Source: Octopus sinensis
Lineage: Eukaryota
NCBI RefSeq assembly: GCF_006345805.1
Contig: NW_021835963.1
Span: 62,001 to 126,000 of the forward strand
Direction of reading: 5' to 3'
DNA length: 64,000 nt
Part shown: piece after piece, positions 1 to 38,607 of the stretch
Layout of the letters: each line of letters opens with the position of its first letter
Position numbering within the stretch: the first letter of the stretch is position 1
Translations under genes and position numbers: made by a program
The notes under the pieces: model-generated
Told to the model about the DNA's origin: nothing
The model's database searches: none
The model's input: the letters and a program-made list of their open reading frames with translations, nothing else

Positions 1-8
1 ATTCCACA

Positions 9-190
9 GTGAAGCAGAGACGGGTTCAGTTAACCAGAGTAAGGTCACTAGAGTCCCGTGCACAACGACAGCAAAGTCATGAAAGCGACCGAAGGAGAGC
101 TGCTGCACGCAGGGTCAATGAGTCACAAGAAGCAAGGGGAAAACGGTTAGAACAATTACGTCAGCAAAATGCAATCCGCCGGCAAGACTG
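9..190 (+). mobile_element. Possible Helitron N-terminal coding remnant
   Basis: Charged helical repeat ESxxxRxxRLEQLRQQNAIRR resembles animal Helitron N-termini; no catalytic motif visible. Confidence 0.3.
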
Positions 191-194
191 TGCA

Positions 195-602
195 ATTGAA
201 GAGATTAGTGCGAGCTGCTTTGTCTGGGTTCACCTTATGCACATCCGTCACCAAGTTAAATGCTCTCCGTCCTGCTCTTACACTTCACAAGATCTCATTC
301 TTCATCTCTCGCCTCATGGCCGCTTCTTGACCGAGAAACACATAGCTGTTCGCCTCTTCTACTTCATCGCCTCCGACTCTTAGGTGACCGATCGCTACGC
401 CCTCAGACCGTATATACTTGGATTTCGTACGCCTGATCTTCAGGCCGACAGCCGAACCCCTGAAATCCAGTTCGTCCAGCATGGTCTGCTATACCAGTGT
501 GGAAGATATCACCCACATGATCAGCAGCTGCCCCAAAATGTCTACAAAATACTACTTGCCCTTGAGGCATACTTCCAAAGATTATTCACAAGGCTATCTA
601 CA
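195..602 (-). mobile_element. RTE-clade LINE RT fragment
   Basis: MLDELD..GSAVGLKIRRTKSKY...VEEANSYVFLGQ is a typical RTE RT C-terminal region; same family as 7180-8010. Confidence 0.75.
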
Positions 603-770
603 GAATGTGAAACGTAAGAAGAAAATTAAAGTTTAAATTATATATAATGATTTCTATCATTATATATAATTTAAACATTAATTTAAGAAAATTCAAGTTT
701 AAATTATATATAATGATATCTATCATTATATATAATTCAAACATTAATTTTCTTCTTACATTTCACATTC
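603..770. repeat. Small fold-back/MITE-like element with 27-bp TIR and two internal palindromes
   Basis: GAATGTGAAACGTAAGAAGAAAATTAA (603-629) vs reverse complement at 744-770, 1 mismatch; internal ~21-bp-arm hairpin present twice. Confidence 0.75.
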
Positions 771-1005
771 ACTAGCTACATCTTTTCCCAAGACTTTAGG
801 GTTTTATTTAATTTACATATCGTGATATACTTCTCGTTTATTTGTTTTTTTCTTTCCTTTGCTCTTCTTTCTATAGGCTACCTTTGACATTAGATCCTCT
901 AAATTTTTTTTAAAACAAACTTAATAGCGTTCAGTTAATCACTATATATATATATACATCCATCATATTCTGTTAAAATGTCATATTAACAAGTTTCATT
1001 TCTTC

Positions 1006-1094
1006 ATTTCCCTGAAGAGAAGATTACATTGTTTTACATCATCTTATTACTTTGGAATAATACCAGTGATATCTTCGAAACATATGTCGGAAGT
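1006..1094 (+). ncRNA. Type I hammerhead ribozyme motif (PLE-type)
   Basis: Stem I ATTTCC/GGAAGT, core CTGAAGA, stem II GAAGAT/ATCTTC, GAA, palindromic stem III ACATATGT, GUC site at 1088. Confidence 0.7.
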
Positions 1095-1129
1095 AAAAGA
1101 ATTTGAATAACACTTGCGTTTAATTCCAT

Positions 1130-1160
<31 letters not shown>

Positions 1161-1298
1161 TTATGCAAAATATTTCATGTAAACCTGAAGTTTCTACCTT
1201 TAAAAACAAGGAGTTTCACCCATTTTACTTGTGAGAGTTTTTGCTACCCTGGTAACTATTTTTTCCGTGTTAATTGTTAACATCGGAAAAATATGCAC

Positions 1299-1347
<49 letters not shown>

Positions 1348-1351
1348 ATCA

Positions 1352-1462
<111 letters not shown>

Positions 1463-1498
1463 CAAGGCTGTGAAAGATTTCAGAACATTTATAAAGAG

Positions 1499-1546
1499 GT
1501 CTTACAGCTGTTTCCGGGATATTTTATATATGCCTTCATCGGAGAC
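1499..1546 (-). ncRNA. Degenerate hammerhead motif in PLE pLTR
   Basis: Minus strand GTCT-CCGATGA-...-GAA-ACAGCTGT-A-AGAC; core U4 mutated to C; same family as 27152-27206. Confidence 0.55.
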
Positions 1547-2639
1547 GGTGCGAGAAGATGGTTAAGCAATAGTTATTCTAGATAAGATATGAAATAGAGA
1601 GTGAAATGAAGGAATGAAAACAGATGTGAGATATGTAAGGATATTGTATCTGCAGTTCCATTATTTAAGCAGAATTGTATACATAAAAGTTTCCTGTACC
1701 TTGTGTCTAAGTTCCAATAGTATTTAAAATTGGTCATTCCAAGCACAGAGTTTGTAGACCGTGTAATTGGATCGAGGGGTTTTTTGAAGTGACTTAAAAG
1801 TTGGGAATGTGTTTGTAAGGTCAAATCAACAACAGGAAGAGAGGAAAAAAGAGAGAAAAAGGAAGAGCGAGGAGAGAAGTAATAAAGAAATGAAGAGAGG
1901 GAAAGTGTACTTGCTAATGGTCAGTCAGGATAAATTGATAGAAGGAATGAGGAGGTGAGGGTGAGAGAGAGAGAGAAAGATATGAGAGTGTAAAGAGATG
2001 AGAGGGTAAAGAGTAAAGGAGTGTGGGGTACATAGCGATGTATGTAGTGAAGGGCAGAGAAAGGGGGTAAGGGTAGTAAATGGTGGAATAAATAATTTGG
2101 GAATATAGGTTAGGTTGCTTAGGGGACAGGTCAGTGCTTATTAATAGAAGAATATATATATGTGAAGATGTATACACAAGCATATATTAAACATGTGTAT
2201 AGACATTTACACACATCAACACCTACATAAACATATAACACTCATGTATGTTACATGCATTCCCATATATACACACTCATTTGTATCTAATTTTTACATA
2301 TATAAATTCTTGCATACATAGAGGCGTATAATTGTATGTGAGTGTACACATATATACACTGGCTCACTTATCAATAAATTGAACGCTGCCGCTAAATGGT
2401 TCTATGTACTGGTGAGGTGTTTCAACCAGAAGTTGGGGACCTTGTCTATCCCTGGAGTTTATGTGGGTGATACACTCCTCAGTGTGTCCATGATCTCTTG
2501 GTCTGTGATGGCGGACCATATCTGTGGTTATATTGTGTTCTTCCTTTCCTTATCCTTACTAATCCATATTATTATAATTCATATGATTTCAATTATATTT
2601 CATTTTCTGGTCGGGTTTCAACCAGAAACCTAAGGCGCG

Positions 2640-3350
2640 TATTTATTAAAAGGAGAGAAACGTCCTGAGAAGGTGAGCGATCGATCTCAACATATTTTTT
2701 AATCTCGTAGATTGTTGGTTTCCCTGGTATCAGGTAAAAATTTTGTCGGTAGCTTTCTTGATCATTTCTAGGTAACCCACAACAACAGGGATGGTTGTGA
2801 TCTTTAATAGCCACGTCCTAGATATCTCAATTTCAAGGTCTTTGTATTTCGATAATCTTTCAAATTCTTCAGATATTTCTATCAGTAGGCACCATCATTA
2901 CATTAACAGGCATGTTTTTTGTCTTAGGTCTTTGATGATGATGTCTGGCCTGTTATCACTTGTTTGCCTGTCTATGCATCCCATAATTTCACAGATGGTA
3001 ACATTCTCTCTCTCAGTGACTGACTCTGGATGGTGTTCATACAAGTTCTTAGGGTGCGGGATATCATAGTGACAACATATGCTCCAGTACAAATATTGGC
3101 CAACTCGATCATGCCTGGTTTTATATTCTTTAAAGGTGAGGACTGAGCTACCGGCAACAATGTGGCCAGTGCTCTCAATTCTGTCATCGCAGAATCTACA
3201 CTTTGTGCCTGCCCCATTGTGCGTGACATTAGCTTAATAGTTCCGTGTGAGGAGACTCTAATATTGTGCCGCTAGGATAAATCCTGTTTCACTTTCCAAA
3301 CCAGTGCTCTGCAGCCACTGATGGGTTCTCCCATATCTACATCAGCTTTC
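2640..3350 (-). mobile_element. R4/Dong-type LINE, restriction-like endonuclease region (decayed)
   Basis: YWSICCHY..., NRPDIIIKD...TCLL (RLE PD motif). Confidence 0.75.
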
Positions 3351-3684
3351 TCAGCTGTTTGGAGTATTGCTCATGCAATGGTTTTTCTTGCCACACTCAG
3401 GACATTATTATTATAATACTGGGGTCGATGTAACTGTATTTTACCTTCTCGTAATAAGATTATTTCGTTTTAACCTTTTGTCTCTTTTCGTGTTTATCTT
3501 CGCATCGCGACGACAGGCTGGCAGAATCGGTGGAGCGTCAGATGAAATGCCTTGCGGCATTCGTTCCGGTTCGTTACCTTTATGAATTAAAATGCCGCCG
3601 GGATTAGCTTTGCTTTTCCTTCCTCCATTGTAAGAAAAATAAGATACCAGTCAAGTACTAGGGCCGATGCTATCGACAAATCAC

Positions 3685-3732
3685 CATCATTGTCATCATC
3701 GTCATCATCGTCATCATCGTCACCATCATCAC

Positions 3733-3772
<40 letters not shown>

Positions 3773-3901
3773 GTCATCATCACCACCATCACCATCATCG
3801 TTATCCTCCTCCTCCTCCTCCTCCTCCTCGTCATCATCATCGTCATCATCATCATCATCATCATCCTCGTCGTCGTTGTCATCATCATCATCATCATCAC
3901 C
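3685..3901. repeat. (CAT)n/(CCT)n compound microsatellite
   Basis: Directly visible; explains the poly-His/Ser/Met ORFs. Confidence 0.95.
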
Positions 3902-4339
3902 AACCTGTAGACATTAGACCTTAGAGTGGACGATGAACGAGATATCGGATAATATCTATAGTTTCTGTTGGTCCGGCTTGAGAATCCAGCCGAAAAGTCT
4001 AATGATGGTTACTTCTGATAGAACCCTATGGAACAGGTGCCCGAGGGCTCTGCCTCCCCTCCCATGACCCTCCCAGACAAAGTGGGTGGAGAGATGGATA
4101 AAGGTTTTCTTTCTACATCTATTAAAAAGCTAGACATAAAGTTTCGGATATTTTCAGATGATGCCAGTTTGGCATACCTGTCTGTTTGATAGCCCCTGTT
4201 TTACTCAGTCACCGATCCTAAAACTCATTGGAAGGATACACTAGGCAATATAATCCTCAATGTGTATAAAAGGGGATGGTCATGAGTGGAATGTTTTGGA
4301 TTATAAATCTATTCAGCCAGGCTGATCAGCAACTAAGCA

Positions 4340-4717
4340 GTGGAGGCGCAATGGCCCAGTGGTTAGGGCAGCGGACTCGCGGTCGGAGGATCGCAGTTTC
4401 GATTCCCACACTGGACGTTGTGTGTGTTTATTGAGCGATAAACACCTAAAGCTCCACGAAGCTCCTGCAGGGGGTGGTGGCGACCCCTGTTGTACTCATT
4501 AGCTCCAACTTTCTCTCACTCTTTCTTCCAGTTTCTTGTCCCCGACTTCCTACGCAACCGCTGAGCCTGGATGCGCATTCATCCATCCGTCGATGCTCTC
4601 GGTGTCGGGGGTTGACCTGCTTTCTCTTCTGCGAGTCTTACGAATAGCAAAGGACCACGTTTCGGACTTCTCCCATCTTGCGAGCTTTGGGACGAAGACC
4701 GCTTCGCTCAACAGCAA
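4340..4717 (+). mobile_element. tRNA-derived SINE, full length with 13-bp TSD
   Basis: A box TGGCCCAGTGG, B box GTTTCGATTCC, CAA/CAG tail, TSD CAGCAACTAAGCA at 4327-4339 and 4718-4730. Confidence 0.85.
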
Positions 4718-5109
4718 CAGCAACTAAGCAATAACAACTACAAACCATCCAACAACTGTTATATCCTCTCAGTTATTCTTGTATGTATAGGCACCTAACA
4801 ATACACACAACACTGTATCTATAGAGACCGTTATCTGGCAGAATCGATAGAGTATCGAAGTGAATGCAGTGAAGTATTTATTGAGAATTTCATGGCTCTG
4901 AATTCAAATTCTACCGAAGTTACCTTTGCCTTTCGTCCTTTAAGAGGTCGATTATATATATAATAATATATAATGAAATTATTGTATACAGTGCTCAGGT
5001 GCACCACAACTTGTCAAAAATGCGTATAAAGCATATACAGCAATGTACAAATGTCTGGGAAGCGAACAGTGTATGAGTCAGGTACATGCTTGCGTGTGTA
5101 TGGAGGGGA

Positions 5110-5290
5110 GAAAATCAGGTGTAGTGTTGGCGAATCTCAGGAAGCATGGAAGTTTTGAAGGATGCAGTGCTCCGACAACTAACAACTGATGCCGGCAGTT
5201 TGTTCCATACCTCAGCAACTCTTAGCGTGAAAAAATGTTTCCGATGGTCATGGGAGCTGTGCTGTTTTCTGACTTCACTATCTTTCTCTC
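5110..5290 (-). mobile_element. CR1/L2-type LINE 3' end fragment
   Basis: RKHFFTLRVAEVWNKLPASVV...FK is a typical CR1-group C-terminus. Confidence 0.65.
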
Positions 5291-5998
5291 TCCTCCCCCT
5301 CTCTCTCCATCCATCATTCATATCCCTCTCTCGCTCTACTGAGGGTTAGCATTTAACGTTAGGGTTTCGTGTTAGCACTTAGGATTACAAGTTTGAGATA
5401 GGGTAAGGATTACGTTTAAGCAGAAACTGAAAAGAGATTCACAAAATTCGAATTTCTGTACAGATTTTTACCGAATCGAATTTGCATATGCTTGGAGTTT
5501 GGACATCAAAGAAAAATATATTCTTAAAAGAAGAAAAATAGAAAAGTCTACAAAGTGCTTTTAGTTCGAAATTTCACTTAGTGGTTTTTCCGAATGTGCT
5601 ATTTATATAAGATAAAGAGATTTGCGATGTTATTGTTAATTTTCTGAGTCATTGACTCGGGTAACGTCCGGTATTTCAGCTACTGTTTAATAAGATTTTA
5701 GTAGAGGGCAAGAGAACCTAATTTCGGTTTTTGTGGTTTTTTTTCTTTTTTTTAATTATCATTAGCATCCTATTAGGTTACCAACAATGAATAAACGGTT
5801 ATTGTATCTGATGCATTGTTGTCAATTCGTGCTTGCTTCTTAATAAAAGCCATGTAATTATTTTAATTAAATGCATCTGTGCATGATGCAGAATAAAGCT
5901 GGAAATCTGGGAAGGGACGAAACATGATAACTAAAATCTGCTGCCCTTGTTTATCCCAGGGTCAGCTACGATCCTCTTCAGATTTAGAATCAGAGGTT

Positions 5999-6134
5999 GT
6001 CCAACCTACCAATGTAGGGTCAGATGCGGTCCAACCTACTAATGTAGGATCAGAGGTGGTCCAACCTACAAATGTAGGGTCAAAAGCGGCCCAACCTACC
6101 AATGTAGGGGCAAAGGCGGCCCAACCTATCAATC
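5999..6134. repeat. 30-bp minisatellite, ~4.5 copies (VQPTNVGSxx in frame)
   Basis: GTCCAACCTACCAATGTAGGGTCAGATGCG unit. Confidence 0.9.
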
Positions 6135-6537
6135 TTCACACTTATTTTAAAAATTAAACTCTGGATATAATTATTGTCCGAATTTCAGAGAGGAGAAATT
6201 ATACACAGATTTATGATGGCGCGTTGGCCGAACACCGAGCTAGAAGAATCTTTAGTGCGTCGACCAAGTGTTTAGCAGTATTTTTCCTGTACGGTTTGAA
6301 GAAGGGATAAGACGATGTTCACTCGAACCCCATCTGTGAAGTTTTTTGGACTTGAAAAATGTTCAGATCCCTCCGAGGTCAATACCAAGCATATAACTGG
6401 TTCGATGTTATCGACTTTTCCCCCATTTCTCTTGAATCGCTGACCTTATATTAGAAACCACATACCGAAATAGTTCTTGTCACTAACAATACACGATGTA
6501 ACTAATAAAAATTCATTCTTCGTCATCTTAATCAATA

Positions 6538-6934
6538 TCTATAGAGCTGAAATGCGAAAATGTTGTTTGATTTCTTGATTATTTGTCTCATTTTGGGATG
6601 GGAACGGTTTAAGGGGCGGTACATGAGGTCGGACTGGTGCCAAAATTTACACTGGGGGAGGGGGTAAAATGGGGTGGGCAATGGTGTGAGGACGGTTGCA
6701 AGTCGCTCGGAGCTACCGTTTGGTTGCCATGGTGAGGAATATGGGAAAAAATTGAGTTTTAAAGAAGATAAAGACGAAGAAAAAATTTTAAAATAAGAAA
6801 AAGAAAAAGAAGAGGGTTATAAAAAGAACCAAGCAAAGAAGACGAACAAAAGAAGAAAGGGAAAAGGAGACAACGCACACAAAACAACACCACCACCACC
6901 AAAACCCGAGCGAAGCCCGGGTCAAAATAGCTAG
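6538..6934 (+). mobile_element. Non-autonomous Helitron-like element
   Basis: 3' GC hairpin ACCCGAGCGAAGCCCGGGT followed by CTAG|T; 5' A|TC start is tentative. Confidence 0.5.
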
Positions 6935-7179
6935 TTAGATTATATATATCATACTTCGTAAAACTCACTCATAAATCATTGGTTGAGTTAACGCATGCAT
7001 CCAGGTGTGGCTACCTGAACTTCTGTTCTGCGTGAACATGTCTGTGTGCACGATAAGTTTTTACATGTGTTTCTTTCTTGATAAACACAACCAAATGTAT
7101 GCATGTGTTCATTTAGAGAATCTCATAAGGAAATTTTTTAGAATGTCTTACATATTTTTATTGTGCCTTTCTGTAGATA

Positions 7180-8010
7180 GCATTGTAAATAGTCTTTAGA
7201 AATATGCCTCAAGGGCAGGTAGTATCTTGTAGACATATTAAGGCAGCTGCTGATTATGTGGGTGATATCTTCCACACTGGTATAGTAGACCATGCTGGAC
7301 GAACTGGATATCAGGGGTTCGGCTGTCGGCCTGAAGATCAGGCGTACGAAATCCAAGTATATACGGTCTGAGGGCGTAGTGATCGGTCACCTAAGAGTCG
7401 GAGGCAATGAAGTAGAAGAGGCAAGCAGCTATGTGTATCTCGGTCAAGAAGCGACTATAAGGCGGGAGATGAAGATGATCTGGCGAAGGGTAGGAGCCGG
7501 ATGAAGAGCATTCAGCTCGGTGAAGGATGTGCTGAAGGTGAACCTAGACAAGGCAGCTCTCGCCAATCTCTTCAACGGCAGTCTTGCTTGCAATGCTATA
7601 TGCATGTGAGACTTGGGCCTTGACGAAGAGAGAATAACAATCTCTGCTTACAGCACAGATAGCCATGGAAATGTCGGTGTTGGGAATCGCGCTAAGAGAT
7701 CACAACCGGAACGAGGAGATCAGGGATAGGAAGACGTCGTCGAAGAATACCACCAGGTAAAGCTACGGTGGGCCGGTGATGTCGCGAGGCTCACAGACAC
7801 GATGGCTCCATGCAGTTGTCGAGTGGTACCCATGTGAGCAGATGAGACCATTCGGAAGACCTCCAATCAGGTGGGAAAAGGATTTAAGATAAATGTTTGG
7901 AACAACGTGGAAGAGAATGTCAAGAGTACGAGGGAAATGGAGTGAATGCCGTGGCCAGTAGATCCGACATGGCACCAGACGGCCTGACCAATCCAGGTGA
8001 TCTAGGTATA
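7180..8010 (+). mobile_element. RTE-clade LINE, 5'-truncated, with stops
   Basis: ORF 7292-7504 RT C-terminus, continuing RLRWAG-like segment and 3' end near 8000. Confidence 0.8.
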
Positions 8011-8029
8011 GCAGAGACGGCATTTTTAA

Positions 8030-8672
8030 TTACAACGTGGAGGTTTGGTGATATCTTTGTCGGTCTTGTTTATCAGGTATTAGTCTCCAACTCCTCGATG
8101 GCAAACGCGTATGCTTCTAGGTGGCATGTAATGTATCTATTGCAGCCCAGGACAAGCTACTCTTCCTGTCAATGTTGTTGTTGCCCTCGAGCTTACGAGA
8201 TATGTACTCGCTTTTTGTTGATATGATGCTTGCTTCTCCTCCTACCTTCTGTTTAGGTAGACCAGTCCAGGCTCCTTTGGGTCGCGTGAAACAGTTGAAT
8301 TCTCAGATCACTTGCTCAGTAGTTCTTCTCCAACTCTGAAGATGTTCTTGCTCTCATTTTTGAGTAAGCATGGTATATACACATTTCTTTCTTTACTGTT
8401 TAGCAGGTGTTGTCTAAATGATACAATTAAAAGACTGTTTGGACTGACCCTATGCCTCTACCGCCATCACTTCATCTCACATATATCCTACTCTTCTCCT
8501 CTGGAAGCCAGCTGCTCGCGACACTAGAGGTCGCACACTCTCCTACCCTGATGTAATCTCCAGGGATACAGGCATCCAGCAACAGGACCTCCGTAATGCT
8601 ATGATGGACCGTGAAGTCTGGCGTAACACAGTAAATTCCATTGTCTCGACCACGGTCGAACAATGATGATGA
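8030..8672 (+). mobile_element. RTE-like LINE 3' end with (ATG)n tail
   Basis: Decayed C-terminal coding signal ending in ...CGAACAATGATGATGAT; mirrored at ~63585-64000. Confidence 0.55.
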
Positions 8673-9140
8673 TATATCCTATCGGTGTTGCTGTTAATGT
8701 GGAAGTTGCCAGTTGTGGTCAGTACCTTTCTGATGTTGATGTCCAGGCTACGTAACTCGTCGAGTGTCCAGTCCAATGTCCCAAATGGTGGTACTGGCAC
8801 TGGTGCTGCAAAAAGCATTGTGATATATAGTCTTGTTTAAATGCAGACAACTCTGAGTTCCATATTCTCCGAAGTCTACAGAATTACTCTTCAGTTATTC
8901 TGGCTTTAGTCACAGCACCAATGCATGCAACATTCTCACCGATTTCGAGGAACTTGTAGCTTTGATCATTATAAATTGGGGAGACAGACAGAAGAACCGT
9001 TGATGTACATGTTCCCTGCCTGGTCGCCAATCTTTCCTCGGTTGACTATCACGCATGAGCATTTCTCTTGCCCAACCGCCATTCCTATAACTCGTAAGAA
9101 TGCTGTGACTTCTAATTCTCTTGATGTTGGTCATATTACC
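8673..9140 (-). mobile_element. R4/Dong-type LINE fragment
   Basis: APVPVPPFGTLDWTLDELRSLDINIRKVLT, homologous to the frame at ~58250-58420; mirrored at ~63120-63585. Confidence 0.6.
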
Positions 9141-9665
9141 AGAATATCAACAAAAATGCATGAGTGTCATTTGTATGTACGTATGTATGTATGTATGTGT
9201 GTATGTATGTATATGTGAATGTATGCATTTATTTATGTATGTATGTATGTATACTTCTATATCTGTGTGTATGTGCGTGTATGTTTGGGTGTGTGTATTG
9301 ATTCTACGGAAATAAAAACAAATTATAAAATATATATAAAAAACTAAAAATGCTTTAATTTCACGTTTTTTTAACTGTAAGCCGAATGAAGACACTACCA
9401 GACGACGTGAAGAAGAATATCAATCGTAACAGTATTTCTGAACATACGGCTGTTATCTTCAGCTGTCACGGAGATAAGACACAATACATGCAGATCCAGT
9501 TGATAACATTCAGTGTCGAGAATAACCAAATTAAAGTCATTTGTGCATCACTCATACTTTCACAAGCTGCAGCTCGGAAGGAAACAATTTAGATCTTTCA
9601 AAAACTATATAACGTTCTCTCTTCTTTCTTTATTTCTTTTTCCCTCCTCTTTCAAACTTGCCAAA

Positions 9666-35938
<26,273 letters not shown>

Positions 35939-35954
35939 AGATTCATTAATATAA

Positions 35955-35992
<38 letters not shown>

Positions 35993-36057
35993 CCGTGTGT
36001 ATATCGTTGGCGATTTTTTCTTCCTTCTTCCATTCCTTTGATCTTTCCCTTTTCTAT

Positions 36058-36092
36058 GTTTCTGACGAAGAGCTCCGCTCGAAACGTTAAAT
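36058..36092 (+). ncRNA. Hammerhead-like motif ~120 nt after the SLC22 stop codon
   Basis: GTTT-CTGACGA-A-GAGC TCC GCTC-GAA-ACGTT-AAAT within a ~200-bp repeat; a second, diverged copy lies inverted at ~36240-36430. Confidence 0.5.
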
Positions 36093-36190
36093 CCTCCTCC
36101 TTTTTTCCTTCCTGAGCGTCCAATAACTCTATACTTGTTCCAGTTCCTCACGTTGTTGTTTTCTCTCTGTGTTTGCATGTTTGTGTTAAC

Positions 36191-36236
<46 letters not shown>

Positions 36237-36432
36237 GTTAATACAAACAAGAAAGCACAAAGAACACAACAACGCGAGGACGTGGAAAAAATATAGTATT
36301 ATTGGACACTCAGGAAAGAAGGAAAGAAGGAGGGTTTAACGTTTCGAGCGGAGCTCTTCATCGGAAACAAAGGAGAAGGAAAGATCCAGAGAAGGGAAGA
36401 CAGAGGAAAAAATCGCCAACGGTACACACGAG

Positions 36433-36521
<89 letters not shown>

Positions 36522-37259
36522 CATACATACATACATACATACATACATACATACATACATACATGCATACAAACATACACACACACACACATATCTATTA
36601 ATTTTTCTATCTATATATATATGGAAAATAGAAGTTAAAAATGCAGAGAATAGTTGAAATATCCTTTATCATTATATTTCAAGATTTAACCCTATTTTAT
36701 AGGAAGCTCGTATGTTAGTGCGTTCATATGTGTTAGTATGTTGTCAAGTGATACTAACACACGGACGTAATGGAGAACCAACAAAAATTTCTAAGACCAG
36801 TCATGTGACTACCCTCTACCATTAAAGTCCTATTCAAAAGATATACTAATCTGAGCCATGAACTCCCTCTAAAAATAAGGCAAGCTTCAAACACTAGTCA
36901 GAAGCATGACGGCTGCCACATAAACCCTGTCTTTCTATTTCAAAAGTTTGTATTACAAAATATATATATAAAATAAAAAAAGGAAAATGCCCACAGATTA
37001 TATACTTTTTATATATATTTTTAATATATTTTATAAGTGAAAGAGTATTGTTTGTCTACTGGTTTCGCTTTTGCTCATCGTGACATTGAAATTATTGTGA
37101 TTTCGTATTTTCTGAAGAAGATTTTAATCCATGTTGCGTTTGAGTGTTTCTGAATAAAAGGAATCAACAGGTAGAAAAATCTAAGGAGAGGTAATTGTGC
37201 ATGTTATTATTCAAAACAGTGAAGGTAATTGCTCGTTTTCGTTTTGAAGAGGGGGATAA

Positions 37260-38075
37260 ATAAATATACAAAAACTCAAAAGCTAAAATAGTGAGATGAA
37301 ATATTTACAGTGATGTGTATGTGAACATGCATTGAAATATATACTGAAAACAAAGTTGGTTTTGCACTGGTAGATGGGAAAAAATGAAGTTTGGTTGGAT
37401 ATCACCTGCACATCTCTCTATGTGTTCGCTCAAAGGAATCTGTCTCTACTGTAGTAAACGGATCTATTCCTTATGTAGTGTGGTTCTCCGTCAGTGTGCC
37501 ATACTTGTCTGTCCTATATAGTTATATCCACAACCCGAACAAATTAAAACATAAATCAAATTCTCGGAAGCACATGTGAAGTTGGTTTTAATTGTGAACC
37601 TCTCTCCTTATTTGAATAGGAAATCCGAGCCTTCTTGTAGGTTAGGTTATGTTCCACAGTTTCGACGTCCACACTTTTTAGCCATTTGCTTCGTGATTGT
37701 TGTGAAAAGCTTGGCATTTGTCAGAACTCTTTTCAGCGGTTTGTGTTGCTTTTTTGCAGTTGATGAAGTTATATGTTTTCAGAATGTTGTTCAGTTTTGG
37801 AACCCTACTGAGCATAGACGAATTTTGTACAATAGTGTTGCATGCCTCATTGTTTCTACGATTCTGCGTTGATATCTACGGCAGTGTTTTGAGATGTGGT
37901 GTGGTATTACGTTTTGTTTCCCTTAGTGTTTTAATGCCTAATTTCATAGAACGTTTAATTCCATCGCCTATAAGTGAGGGTGGATATTGTCTCTCAGTTA
38001 GTGTTCTTCTGCGGTCTCCACTGGTTAAAAAATGTGGATGTCCACACTGTAGAACATGCCCCAACCTGTATGAAG
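37260..38075 (-). mobile_element. Old degenerate Neptune-type PLE copy
   Basis: LTERQYPPSLIGDGIKRS and IYVLICSGCGYNYIGQT remnants align to PLE-1; mirror at ~43855-44650. Confidence 0.8.
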
Positions 38076-38095
38076 GCTTTATATATATATATATA

Positions 38096-38586
38096 GATGA
38101 GAAAGTTGGTTTGTGAAAGTACGTGGTTGAATATATAGAAGATAGTAAAAAGTGAAAAAACTACAGAAGGCTTGTTTTAAAAGGTTAAAAAATATATATT
38201 TGAGTCAATATGTCTGAAGAATATTATAAAGTTTTTTGTTACAATGACATAGTTTAGAAGAAATGACCGGTTTCGCGTTTAGCTTTTCAAATTTCTTACA
38301 TCGTTATGTCTATGTTGAAAAGAGTTCTAGATAAGGGGAGGTAATAAGTGATTTCTTCCGGTGTAAGGGAGATAATCGCTTAAAATTGTTTGCTTCTTCT
38401 CAACATAAATATCACGAAGTAAGAAATTTGAAAAGCTAAACGCGAAACCGGTCATTTCTTCTAAACTATGTCATTGTAAGAAAAAATTTATAATATTCTT
38501 CAGACATATTGACTCAAATATATATTTTTTAACCTTTTAAAACAAGCCTTCTGTAGTTTTTTCACTTTTTACTATTTTTCTATATA
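38096..38586 (-). mobile_element. PLE-3: short inverted pLTR pair of a sister subfamily in (TA)n
   Basis: Arms ~38132-38297 and ~38421-38586; 36-nt tail at 38096-38131. Confidence 0.85.
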
Positions 38587-38607
38587 TATATATATATGTA
38601 TATATAT

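Noticed and set aside
3667-3924. Poly-His/Ser/Met/Ile/Tyr and YIYI/CMYV ORFs here and throughout
   Set aside because: Translations of microsatellites; no splice or codon evidence
4340-4420. tRNA genes at A/B-box sequences
   Set aside because: All continue into SINE bodies and lack a complete cloverleaf
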